The notes under the pieces were generated by a model. It was not told the origin of the DNA and searched no databases. It saw only the letters and a program-made list of their open reading frames with translations. A stretch of DNA of 41,301 bases, taken from the NCBI GenBank assembly GCA_002633005.1, contig NMRA01000500.1, positions 267,248 to 308,548 on the forward strand, given 5' to 3'. This DNA is from Phoronis australis (Eukaryota; Animalia; Phoronida). This document shows positions 10,691 through 22,560 of the stretch, piece after piece (position 1 is the stretch's first letter; each line of letters starts with the position of its first letter). The translations under genes and the position numbers were made by a program.

Positions 10691-13600
10691 CTGAAATAGA
10701 TTATCAAAGCAGTGTTACGAAATTAGTCAACTTAAAGAACACTGCAATAAAATGCAAAAGGGTCGTCAGTTTTTTAGTACATGTAGCTCACGTTACTTCA
10801 AATTTGAACTAGCTAAAACGACTGGCTGGTTTAGGCCAGATGAACCCGACTGTGCTATTATAAATCTACATTATATGAATTACTAACTTCTGAATTAGGC
10901 TTTTACTGTTATAGAATCCGGTAGCGTTCCGTAAACCAAGCTCATTCCGAGAAAAGCAAGCTCTTGCAAGATCTCACAAAATCACTTGAGTGAAAGGCGG
11001 ATATTACGCGACTACTATGCTGGGAAGCCCACTGAAGTGATTGGTCGGTAAGGCTAGAATGTTGAATCATGGGACTGAATTCATAATTATATGATATATT
11101 AAATGAGCTTTTAGCTGAAAATACAGAGGCAACCATAAAAAATAAAAATAACGCTAGGGGGCACAGCAGTAGTCACACCAGTTTCGTCGTCAACTTCATA
11201 AGAATACATTTGTCAAATTTTACAAAGTTTCAGCAAAGGGAGGAAATTCAACAAAATCGCCACTAGGGTGTGCCTACATGTATTAACTGAAGCCATTCGA
11301 AACTCAACTTCAGACAGGACTCCTTTGAGTGGTTTGGTGCATAGCTTACATGCGAAACTTGAGCGCATGCGCCAATATGTGAACCATTTGGGTAAAAATG
11401 GGTCGCAAAAAGGCCTTATTTCCGATATAGGCACATGGGCCTATAGGATCGGCAATACGGCAAGTCAAATCCGTCTGCTAATTCAAAGGCATCGTTATCT
11501 CCCTGTGTGCCAAATTTCATGAATGTCCATCACGGAACTCCAAAGATACAAATGCAAACGTAAAAACTAAAATTGGCACTAGCAGGCACAGCGGTCCGAA
11601 AGTTGTCATTATCCGTCTTCAGCTTCATAAAAACACATGAGCCAAATCTCACTGAGATCCTGCAAAGGGTTTAAGGGATATAAAAGCGGAAGCCGGCGCT
11701 TAGACAGAGATGACGGCACCATACACCCACATGTGTACATGTAAGCGCATGAAATTGGCGTCAGAAGTTCCTTGCGGCTAAAAGTGAGATTACGCGAGTC
11801 TTTGCGAGATATCGTCATGCATTACAGCTGAATCACATGCCTGCTCGCGAGTGCCTTGGGTATACAGAACTCTCCTCCGTCGAAAATATGCAATTTTCTG
11901 TAAATGGTTCGAAAGAGTTATGCAGATCGAACCTTTTCATGGTGAAAATCACGCGGAATATCTTTTGCCTCATTGGGCATTACAACTAACAAAGGTAAAG
12001 TTTTGTATTTGCAAGATTTAAACCGAGCTGTGTACCACGAGGTTTTTACTTGCAGGAAGAGTCTTATGCTTATACTGTTTGTAAATAAGTAGTTCACACT
12101 CATGTTACGTATGTATGGCTTCATAGCGGCAGCGTAAGACTTTCAAGTTGTAAGTCTCCAGATTCACGGAACAAGCGTTGAAACGTGCTTTCGAATTTTC
12201 AATACCAACTTCAACCTGTCATACATCTATGTAGGGTAAAAGTTTGACGAATAAAGGTCGATAACCGGACAACACGAAGTGGTTAAATTCCTGAGTTTCT
12301 TTTGAAAGACTGTTTTAAATCAAGTTACGCCAAGTACGAAATCCATAGAAACACTACAAATCTGGTAAGCCCTCGCCGCGTGTCACTTAAATAACCATGC
12401 TAAATAACGTGGCTATTGTTAGTACTCACACGCTTGACATCGTCCGTTGACAGTAGAAGGCGCGCCATATCTTTAAATATCTTATTCACCACGTGGGGCT
12501 TTAACTTGATACTCGTCTCCAGAAAGCCTTGCACCAATGGACTCTGCTTTGCTTTCTAGAAATAAAGCGTCGTTTCCAAAATAAATGTACGTTATTAAGT
12601 ATAAAGCACTGTCTTCTACCTGACAGATTTGCTCATATCTGCCGAAAAGATTTTCACAAACACGCTGACGGAGCAGCTGACAACTCACGTGCATTAATTC
12701 TAGAATGCTTTGGAAACAAATAACTCACCATTCCAACCAATCACGATGCAATGAATAAGAGACCGACCTACAAATTGCAACTACAACAAACTACTGCTGC
12801 GGAACTTAAAAATGGCATCATCAAATCAAGCGTTGCACGATTCGTAAAAAATGAAATAATAAAGGTGATGACAAAGAAAAACGCCATCGCTGTAAATGTG
12901 TTTCATTGATTTGTACAAAATTGCATCACGAGAACGGTATATAAGGAAATCAAAGTTTTGGAGGGTTTCTTAACCGAAAAAACAGCCTGAGACGGAATCT
13001 CCATTTTGTCACGCACTAACTCTACGAAAAATTTAGCTTGGAAAAATATGGTTTTAATATGGTTCTTTTAAAAAAGAAGTGTGGGGAACCCAAAGACATT
13101 CAGGAGACTTCACCGGAAAATTGCCACTTGGTCTTCACAGAGGTACAGACGAACGTCTCCCGTAAGTGCTGGTGAAGTGAGTTGCGGATTTTTCTGCTCA
13201 GACGTAAGTCATCCTACATATTATAAGTCAGAAAATATTTGGAGAATGGCTCGGGTCATCAACTAGTTTACAGTACACTTCAGATTGAATTGTTACCTGT
13301 TTGCCTTCAGTTTTACTGACGTTTCTCTTTTCTTCAAGATCTGTCTTGTTAGCCACAAGTAAAACTTGTACGTTTCTGCCATCCTTAATTTCCTGAAATG
13401 CAATTTTCTGGTTACATTTTTCAGAGCGAGAACTATTTGCGGTACGAGCCATCATTGACCAAATGTCACCATAAGTAATATTTCATGACAAAAATAAAAA
13501 AATTACTTCAAAATACCCAAAACATTTACGGTAAAGTCATTCTGGTCCAGAGTAAAGTATATTCGGTGCAACAGTCGTCCAGATAACTCAGTCGACTACC

Positions 13601-16600
13601 CCCCAGCTGAAAATCACTTTTCCAGATTGCGCCTACCATAGCACCACGGAAGCGGGGGGCAGCGCTTCCCACTAACCCTAGAGCTAAGACAAATTTAAAG
13701 AGCATTTCTCAACTACTACTGCTGGGTTTACCCTTTAGGGTGCTAGCCAGTGCATTTTTGTGGGGGTCCCCCAAAACGCAGCATGGAATGTTTATACTCA
13801 CTTGAAAACGGGCTCATACTTCGAACATGTCCGAAAGACAACTTATATGAAATGAAAAGCGGTATTTCTCCAAGGACCCCTCACTGGTAAGGGAAAACAG
13901 AGTAATTGGTCGCTGTCTTTTTTAATGTACGTCATTTGATACACACCCCAGCTCTTGGAGGTGACCGCATGCATGGCTACTCTTTTCCTGTTTTCATTCA
14001 TATTTTTCTGAAGGGGGCTTTCACGGAGGGGGGTCCCAATGCAGAAGTTATTTGTTTTTCTTTTTGTGAAATCATACGAACTTTTATGTTCAGGATGATG
14101 ATGGAAGAAGAGCGACTCGAAATCGACTATCACTTTCTCTTTTGTAGTAAATGATAGAGAAAATTTTATTTTAGAGTATTTAGGGAAAATGCTTTCATAT
14201 TAAGGGATCCCCTCTTGGAACGTTGCCCGAGGTAATTAGCCGTTTGCCACCCTCCCCCTATAAATCCGGTACGGTCAATTACATGTGTTCACGGGGAAAA
14301 GTAAAACATTAACTTAATTTTAAAAAGACGTGATATGTTCGTGTGAAGCACAGCCTCACGATTTGCAACACGTTAGGATTGTGAATTTATTTCACATTAA
14401 GTGGTTAGACTTGTTGTTTATTCTGAAGTATATTCTCGGGCATACTTTCAGCTGATAGGTCGATACGCGGAATAATGTCTCGTGGGATATTATTTCTTCC
14501 ACTCCACTCTCGGTACGTTTAGTGTATATATTTGAACTCTAAATTTAGATCAAGACATTCCACTTGAAGGCAAACAGCAAATTTTGCGCTAACTGATACC
14601 AGTATGTTTAGAAGGACAAGATTCTAAGGAATTGTTCCTGAACTGATACAGAGGAACTTGGGTCACGGACAAGTCCATGGTTTTCTGATTACGGCCGTTG
14701 TGCAAATTTTGGTTTACAAGGCCTGTAGTTCTAGTTTGATAACAAAACAGATGAATGTAACAAGTGACATGTTACTTTTTATTTGGTTGAATTAGGTAAT
14801 CCAAGAGAAGGCCTATGAAATTACCAGTTCAATCATCTTCAACCAATACGCGATGGAATCAAAACTGCGCTTGTTTGTTATGTCGTATACCATGATCACA
14901 CCCTGAAAATAGAGCATGAGTAAGCATTCACACGAACATGTAACAGCATACTGATTTGACACTCAGTCTTTCAGCTCACCTACTTACCAAACAAGCGGAA
15001 TTACTCACACCTATCGCAAAGAAAACAGCTCCATAGCCATGCTTTTAAACTTTCAGCTACGAACCTATTTTAACCCCCTGCCCAGGTAAGCAGAAACCAT
15101 ACCATGGGCAGCGCAGCACTGAAAAAAAGTGGTGCACCGCCTATAGACCATGAGCGGCACCTATGAGACGCCGCCCATGCATACCCTCCATACAAAGACC
15201 TGCGCCCCTCCACACAAGCACCGAAAATGTTCCACACACAGCTACCTAACTTAAACTCACGGCAGTACCGGGGACCTGGGACCTGTTTTATGAAAGAACA
15301 CATGCCCAGTCGTAGTTTAGTCGGTTGAGCAAGTTATCGTGAACGCAACGCTGGGCTGTTTATGAGGACGAAATGTTGAAATAAAGCACAACATGGGAGA
15401 GGAATAAAATTGAACCCACCACTTGATTGTTTAAAAAAGTCCCGCTCTGAAAACGTTCAACTCATCTCGCACAGCGGTCTGGCGCTTGATTTCGTACCCA
15501 TGGCAAATAAATATTCTAGGGAGGATTTAGGCCTACTCTTTCAGTTTGTTTCGGCTATTTACATATCTTTTTCTCACACACTCTCAGGAGCGGGTATTAA
15601 CCCTTGGGATTTTTCTCGCCGGCTTTGATCAGGGTAGCGTAGTTCAACCAATGAACGTTGGTAAAATTACACTACAAAGTGCCGTGTACTTTTGATGGGA
15701 TCACGTGGTTTTGGCTATATTTTTCTCGTTGCGAGTGAACTCGACCAAGGACTACACAGAGCCCGCGTCGGCCATTTTCACGACGCCGAGCAACGAAACA
15801 GCTTTTTTGACTGGCAGCCGTTGTTAGGAATAAAATCAACCCTACCCAAAAATGAGTTTCTTTTCTGCCGTAAAACCTACTGTGTCCCTTTAACGACCGC
15901 CTACACGAATCTCGGGGTGCAAGCAAAAGTCGAAGTTAGGATTGTCTTCGCTAAGACCGGACTCACAGTCTTTGATAAAACGAGGCCCTGATTTTTAATT
16001 ATAACTGACCAGGACTATAGTTTGTTCAACGTGTACTATTGAGCATTTCCAAGGCGTATTTTTATATGTAGAGTTTAGGAGCGCGGATCTGGGGATTGGT
16101 ACGGGATCGATGTCTGCTGGTCCGGGACTGGAGTTTAAAGGATCGTAGCTGAAATTTTAGAAAAATACGGCCAGGATTTTTTCCACTACTTGCAATGACC
16201 CTGCCATTGACACAAAAATTGTTCTCAAAACGTCCATGCTCCAAGGCACTGTCACACTATAGTAATGTTTTGGCTCAGCATCGATGGAAATTTCGTTACG
16301 TTTCCTGGAATACGTTGAATTCCGTTTTTTTTTTCGTTGCTATTGGCTCTCAGTTCTCTTCGCTTATCTTCCTGTGAAGGTATTCGTCGGGAATTTTAAG
16401 CGTTCATGAATAAATTTGATACCGGCATTTCGTTCTTGAATTTGCTATAGTGTGCCTTTAAGATGTTGAAACGGGTGGACGCGGGCAATTTTGACCAAAA
16501 CATGCGTCTAATACGATACTGTCTACAGATACTGATTGGCTTAGTGGTTTGCCAATCAGGTTTCTAGTTTTCAAGGTAGTGCCTGAGAAATACTTTGGTT

Positions 16601-19600
16601 TGACCGAGCTCTAAAGAAATACTGTACCAAATGTGGAACCATTAAGGGGAAGATTGTTTTCTATTCGAACGAAGAAAACGAGTGCGATTATGAAAGGTGC
16701 CGAAAATGAAAAATGCAATCTATTTTCAAAAATTACATCAGTCAAAAACAAAGGAGTTCATTACGATTTACCTGAACGTTTCGAAGGTAATTCATTGTTA
16801 TGGTCCTAAATCTTTCGTGGCCACCAGTGTCCCTGAAAGACAAATTGCACTCTGGAAAGGCTCCACCAGAAACCGAAAAAGACCCCAGAAATTGAGCTTG
16901 CTCAAACATTTGAGATACCACAAAAACAATTCCACAGGATTCGGTATATATGCCACTGCCCTCACTCAGTTTTATCTATTTAGTTATTCTGTGATAAAGT
17001 TGTGTGCTGTACCACCTGGTGATGCTTTTAGAAATAAAGCGAAACATCACAAAGATTGTAGTTATAGCGCTAGTGTTCTTCGATTTCTAATATCTAAGAA
17101 ATTACCAAATTCAACTAAAACTTTCAGATGATGCATGCACTATTTTTCAAATAGCCTGTTAGGAAAGCTTAAAAGAAGTGTTCCACCTTCCTATTGACAG
17201 GCGCTATCGGAGATTGGGACTAAACGATATTTATGAAAAAACAAAAGCTCTATATAAAACAACGAAAAGGAAATTTAGTGACGTGTGATACCATTTTTGG
17301 GATTTCAACTTGAATGTTCATGTCAGAAGAAATTTTGTGATATTGTTCATTGTTTTGTTATGAATGCGAGTATTTGACAAACGTGAGTGCAGAATACACC
17401 CAACCGTAACCTACTGAAGATTCTCTTATATGGAAAATTCTAGGGACATTCTTCTCCATAACATTCCGAAACATTTACTGTGTATGCAACAAAAGATTGA
17501 CTTACATACAGTATCGGTGTTGGAGACCATTTTGTGTGGAACTAGGAAATGTTTTACGGTCAAATCATGCACGTTTTACTCCCCATTAATCTTGCGCTCA
17601 CTGGGCGTTCATTTTATTTCTTACCTTGTGTAGAGCAATGGGGGGGTTTACAAACAAACCACAAATATAGACAGTTGGCGATCTGTCATCTAACGAATAA
17701 AGTATTTTCGGATTATCTACAGTGGTACTCACCATATCTGCAAGCGAACCCTAACGTCTTGAATAGGAAATGTCTTGTGAAAATACTCTTCACCTTGAAT
17801 AAAGAAATCAATAAATGAATTCATTTTTATGCTATAAATAAAACAAGGAATTGAAAGTTAGGCAGTATGATACTGTTTAATGTGACTGTCATTAATTAAG
17901 TCGTCAGAGTCCAACTTGTTTTATTATGCCATGTTTCTTAACCTATCTTCTTCTCTCACTAATTTCTAAGGCACTCACATTAGAAGATTTTTTTCTGGTG
18001 AACATGACTCTGTTATCTCGAGTTGTCTTTATCACGCACCGTACGTCTCTTCTTGCAGACCAAATTTTTACCTGTTGAACCATTTTTACATCTAGTTGTT
18101 GCTGGAGTATGCGCAAACAGTTGTGGTACATTGCAGACGGAAGAAGCTTTTAACATTGGCCGGATATCATATGTGAAATGCTGCTTGATAATTAGCGTTC
18201 TTTGAAACATTAGGATTTGAGGTGCGGCTATTTCTGGATCAAGGTCGTGATACATATGCTCACAGTTTTTGACAATCGTTAGGGAATAAACGGTTTTAAC
18301 ATATTAAAGACAAATGTTAAAAATACGCTTTGGCACGGCTCATGAATATACATGGTATCTTCTTCGATAGTCGAAATTTTATCACCCGGTTAGCCTACTT
18401 ACCGATTGTTGCAGTGCTTTCAACGCTGAACGTTTCTTTCATTAGGCATTTTATCATCGACGTTTTCCCCACAGCCGAATCACCCAGCATCAGGACTTTA
18501 TAGCTGACCTCATGTTCACCCCTGTAGTTTAGAGACACAATCGTTTGTACTGTAGGGCCAAAAACGACTTTTGAGATTGTTGTTGGGCACGATAGACTTC
18601 TGGGAGTTATTAGCTTTGACCAGAGCTATAAAACAACACATTCCGTTGTTGTTGTTTGATTCTATTGCAAATCGAGTATTCCCGATATTGGCTCCCAGTC
18701 ATTCTGTAGAATTTTAATTTAAAAATGAAACTGAAGCCGGTGATATTCTCAGTTCAATGCGCGTTGGGTTTTATCTCTACTAGCAAAGCGTTGGACTGCC
18801 ACCGCTTAGGTCGTGCGAGGACTGATCTCAAATACAAAAAAATTGTTGCTGGTAATGTCAAATATTAAGATTTCAGTGAACATTTTCGCCATTTACTCTT
18901 GCAGGGTATGTTCACCCCCGGCGTTGTCATAACAAAACGTGTTAGCCGAACTTTGATGTGGAACAAGGCTTGCGAATGTGTTTTCGCCTTGGTACGGTTT
19001 ACGAAATTTTCTCAAAATTTTGCTTGGAGAAACTAACTCGTAGTTTCGATAATTAAAGTATCTCGTAATTAAGGAACTTTTTGCTTTTCAAAAACTTAAA
19101 TTCACTCTTTTCCAATGTTAAAACTAATCTTTTTCATTTAACGTGGCTATAAACCCGCCTTCCTTTCGTCACAAAAAATGATTTATACCACCACTTATCG
19201 CAATGAAATTGGTATCAGGTTGTGCGGAGGTCAAAATGGAGACGATATCAGGATTGAACTGACTGTATTGTTATTGCTTGAAATGAAGCCCTACATATTG
19301 GCTTGTCACGGCTTATCATGTTTCTGGGTTCCGAGTTCGAAAAAAGTCAGTGTAGTCAGGTTCTACCATGATAACATATTGTATTCATTGTCACGGCGTG
19401 TCATTGTATGTGTCCTATAAGATGTTGTGAATTTTTGCACAACAGGAAAACCGAACATGTGCGTCTACATTTTTAAAACATTTTTCACGCAACACAAAAA
19501 TAGTGCCACAATTTAAATGGAACACGGATCATCGGCACTTCCAGGGGTGAAACAATAATAACCACAATGTTTGAGTCTTTACACAACAGTCAGCAATCTT

Positions 19601-22560
19601 TGAGAAGGGCTATTTAAGCAATTAAAGAATTTTCTCAAGAGCTTTCTTCGCAGATATTCTAACAGTGGGTATAGCAGCGACAGTGAATGTTTTACTTTTA
19701 GAGTTTTTTTGAGACAATAATACTATTTTGACACCCTTCAGTTCATCAACACTCATTTCTCAAAATTCCTCGATATCCATGTTTTTCACATTCCATAGTG
19801 TTGTCCACTGTCTTTTATGAGAACAACATCACCAAGAGAGAGACTTTCCTTAGCCTGTACACTTGCCTCCTTTAATGAAGAAAGCCTGAAGAGCATAACC
19901 GAAAAACATGTGTTGATAAGGAAAAACACTAACTCCCGGGATGGAGGGTGGGAAAATTACTGGAACAACGAGTGCCAGGTCTTGTGCAAAACAAGGTAGG
20001 TGGCCGAATTAACAAGATCACTATGGTGACCCACCGCTGCCTGGCTGATTTTAATTTAATTGCTAAGATAACAACATATTTTAAAAGAAAAGAAAATTAT
20101 TTTAAAAGTAAACCATGATCAAAAAAGAAAATCTGATAGAAAAGGATTTTGAAAATATCTTGTTTTAAAAAAGAATGCAAAAGAATTTGAAAGTAAAGCG
20201 TGTTTAAAGAGAAATTTTGAAATAAAATAATTTTAAAAACAGTTTGAAAGTAAAACAAACTTAAAAACGAAAACAAAATTAATTTGAAAGTAAAAAGTGT
20301 TTAATTAAAGAAATCTGGTGTAAAACAATTTTAAAACTATTTTGAAAGCAAAACAGTTTTGAAATATAAATTGTTTTAATTTGAAAACCAAAATAAAAAT
20401 CACTGTTAAAAATAAAACTCATTCTCTTTTCCTCTCCACTTTCAAATGGTTTTAAAATGAAAGCAGCCCTCACTAACACAGCTCATCACAGATGAGTTAT
20501 AGGTATTGGTATTCATTTATAGGTATCGGTATTCATTTATAGGTATCGGTATTCATTTATAGGTATCGGTATTCATTTATAGGTATCGGTATTCATTTAT
20601 AAGTATCGGTATTCATTTATAGGTATCGGTATTCATTTATAGGTATCGGTATTAATTTATAGGTATCGGTATTCATTTATAGGTATCAGTATTCATTTAT
20701 AGGTATCGGTATTCATTCACTGTCAATTATCACAGGAATGTAGGTCTATTTCAATGTATTTGTGTTCATTTGTACAATCATTCATTGACTTTTGTTTGTA
20801 AGCAGAAAGTTAACAAACCTGTAGTAAAAGGACCCGCACAATGGACTATGAACCCTCATAAGAGGAAAACTGATAATCCTGATACCAAGGAAATTCCATG
20901 ACAAAAGGTTATATAGAATTCCCAGATAGGTTATCAACAAATACAGAACTTTTATAATACCGGATGAAGACTGCAATGAAATGAAATATGAAAATGAATC
21001 CAGCAAATCAGCTATACCTTATAACGCATGTTTGGGCGAATAATATTTTGGAACTTATTCTCATTGGTCAGTTGCGTTGCTACTTAACGAAAAATATAAT
21101 ATTTTACACTGAGAAGATTTCTCCCGTCAACAAGTCAAATTTTCTTTAATTCAGTCTACTTCGGTTCTAATCATGGCTGCGAAATGGAAAGAACATACAA
21201 AAACGATGAAAAACAGGAAGACAGGAAACATGTTGGGTTACGCTCCTGAGCTCGACTGCGGTGGCATAGGTTGCGCTGGTTACAGTGGCAGCGAGAAACC
21301 GAAACGTAAATGAGTTTGTTTTCATTTTCTCGTTAACAGTAAAATTTCAAGTAATTATGCAGTAGATTTTCTTTTTAAATGTGTTTTACTTTCGCTATGC
21401 TGATCAAAGGAAATATGACTGACCAATGAGATGTCGAGTGAAGAGGTGTATGAATACAAAAGTGGTTCCTGGAGGATATAAATAGAAATGAGTACTGTAG
21501 AATAAACACTAAGGATGGATATAAAAACAAAAACGACAAATAATGGCAATAAATGCATTCAACAAGTAATCTACTTTGCCTATGGTATGCGACGAGCTAT
21601 GTTGCAGAGTAAAACAAGATGAGAGTTGTAGGACAACGTCACTTATTGTGGTGTATGCAGAAAAGAAACAAATTCACGACTGAGTATAAGATGGAAAAAA
21701 CGCCCTGATGGCGGCATGGGAATACTGACATGGCCCGTCTGAGAAAGTGTAACCTGGGCACTAGAATAATAGAATAAAACGCCATGTACAGAAATACATA
21801 CAATGTATACAAAGGTACAAGTTAAAATAGTAACATACAGAGGCCTACATATTTCAAAATCATAAATATTTCGTAAACTTTGTAATGGGAATATAACAGG
21901 TAAAAATGGTGATGTCGCTCATTGTTTTAGTCTGAACGGTAGTCTATTGTTTTAGTCTGAACGGTAGTCTACCTGGTGACAACGAAAATGTAATTAAAAC
22001 TACCACCAGGAGCTCAACTGACAACTACGGCGTTGTAAGAAGGAGATCGAAATCCGAAGTGAAACTTTATTTTGCTTTTGGCGAATGCTAAATCATCAGA
22101 TGAATTTTACATACCAGTCCTATAGCATAACATATAGACTAGTAACGAAGCACAGACTCTCTGGATAAAAGAATTTATCTCAGTGAGGGCCAAGGTTTCC
22201 GGTGTCAGAATACGCACGTGTAAGAATTACGCCAACAATAAAGGTTCGTGTATTCTAATATTGGATTGACAACCTCCCTTTTGGGATCCACCCAGGATGT
22301 GCAACACCGTGTATGCGATGTAGTTCCAAAATACATTGAATCGGGCACAATGGTCACGTGCCATTATGGATCTCCACAACTTTGTATTGCATTAACAAAT
22401 CTTCTTTGACAAACCTTTCTACACTTGGTCCTTGCATTCGTAGAGCAGTTCACAAGATTTGCTTTCAATCATAATATTAGGCATTACAGATGTCGATCCG
22501 AAACGACTGCCTGCGAATATTATATTTTTATTTTACTTACACTTGACGATGTTCCGTCAT
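10589..22560 (-). CDS. Rab-family small GTPase, copy A, whole spliced gene (8 coding exons, 220 aa; probably a divergent Rab8/10/13/15-group member)
   Basis: Join 22560-22541, 18521-18403, 17793-17733, 16832-16772, 14902-14825, 13392-13297, 12555-12430, 10690-10589 = 663 nt, all GT-AG with matching phases. Protein: MTEHRQVGEHEVSYKVLMLGDSAVGKTSMIKCLMKETFSVESTATIGEEYFHKTFPIQDVRVRLQIWDTGGHERFRTITMNYLRNVQGVIMVYDITNKRSFDSIAYWLKMIELEIKDGRNVQVLLVANKTDLEEKRNVSKTEGKQKAKQSPLVQGFLETSIKLKPHVVNKIFKDMARLLLSTDDVKRMTILMQSGDSVTSLPSIKLHAKEEREKRRCCHT. G1-G5 motifs and a C-terminal CC are present. Confidence 0.9.
12430..12555 (-). CDS. Rab copy A exon 7 (G5 ETSIK)
   Basis: tttatttctag|KAKQSPLVQGFLETSIKLKPHVVNKIFKDMARLLLSTDDVKR|gtgagt; 126 nt, phase 0/0. 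Confidence 0.9.
13297..13392 (-). CDS. Rab copy A exon 6 (G4 NKTD)
   Basis: tttcag|EIKDGRNVQVLLVANKTDLEEKRNVSKTEGKQ|gtaaca; 96 nt. Confidence 0.93.
14825..14902 (-). CDS. Rab copy A exon 5 (RabF5 region VYDIT)
   Basis: ctattttcag|GVIMVYDITNKRSFDSIAYWLKMIEL|gtaatt; 78 nt. Confidence 0.93.
15103..15179. mobile_element. 77-bp TIR element with 5-bp TSD CATAC
   Basis: CATGGGCAGCG...CGCCGCCCATG, with CATAC on both sides. The paralogous intron (~38708-38712) has one CATAC at this site and no insert. Confidence 0.85.
16772..16832 (-). CDS. Rab copy A exon 4 (G3/switch II, DTGGH)
   Basis: tctttcag|(W)DTGGHERFRTITMNYLRNVQ|gtaaat; 61 nt, phase 2/0. Confidence 0.93.
17733..17793 (-). CDS. Rab copy A exon 3 (switch I/interswitch)
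   Basis: ttctttattcaag|(G)EEYFHKTFPIQDVRVRLQI(W)|gtgagt; 61 nt, phase 1/2. Confidence 0.92.
18403..18521 (-). CDS. Rab copy A exon 2 (P-loop GDSAVGKT)
   Basis: ctacag|GEHEVSYKVLMLGDSAVGKTSMIKCLMKETFSVESTATI(G)|gtaagt; 119 nt, phase 2/1. Confidence 0.93.
19178..20010 (+). pseudogene. Possible decayed, frameshifted coding remnant inside Rab A intron 1 (likely part of an inserted element)
   Basis: Protein-like segments in shifting frames, joined at slippage-prone runs (GAGAGAGA, AAAAA): HQHSFLKIPRYPCFSHSIVLSTVFYENNITKR / RLSLACTLASFNEESLKSITEKHVLIRK / TLTPGMEG. No family recognised. Confidence 0.3.
20075..20420. repeat. Degenerate AT-rich motif array (TTTTRAAAGTAAAA-like)
   Basis: More than 10 recurrences of TTTGAAA or TTTAAAA at roughly 20-25-bp spacing. 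Confidence 0.6.
20497..20717. repeat. 20-bp minisatellite, 11 units of TTATAGGTATCGGTATTCAT
   Basis: Contiguous near-perfect units with only 4 single-base variants and no spacers. Confidence 0.97.
21921..21970. repeat. Perfect 25-bp tandem duplication
   Basis: ATTGTTTTAGTCTGAACGGTAGTCT x2. Confidence 0.9.
22541..22560 (-). CDS. Rab copy A probable first coding exon (MTEHRQV)
   Basis: ATG ACG GAA CAT CGT CAA GT|gtaagt gives the phase 2 required by exon 2. In-frame TGA 7 codons upstream, and a possible acceptor tatctacag at 22607. Supported only by splice consensus and phase. Confidence 0.55.

Larger units (their letters stand above)
10420..17330 (-). repeat. Segmental duplication unit A (paralogous to ~29865-40480)
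   Basis: Exons and much intron and 3' flank sequence align colinearly with the copy B region, e.g. 10795-10960 vs 30645-30830, 12210-12400 vs 31235-31420 and 16360-16700 vs 38955-39300. Confidence 0.85.

Noticed and set aside
11609-11660. Possible alternative last exon DLSEIWLMCFYEAEDG* in copy A
   Set aside because: Lies in a block absent from copy B and has no basic/Cys tail; more likely repeat-derived.
15305-15357. tRNA-like A box (TAGTTTAGTCGG) within a GCCCAG/CTGGGC stem
   Set aside because: No B box or T arm and too short for a tRNA.
16697-17131. 144-aa plus-strand ORF
   Set aside because: GTG start, antisense to Rab exon 4, and the frame is not preserved in the paralogous region.
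17943-18255. Overlapping minus-strand ORFs in Rab A intron 2
   Set aside because: Not needed for the Rab frame, no clear splice sites and no motif.
20497-20717. CRISPR-like regular repeat
   Set aside because: Units are contiguous with no unique spacers, there are no cas genes, and the context is eukaryotic.
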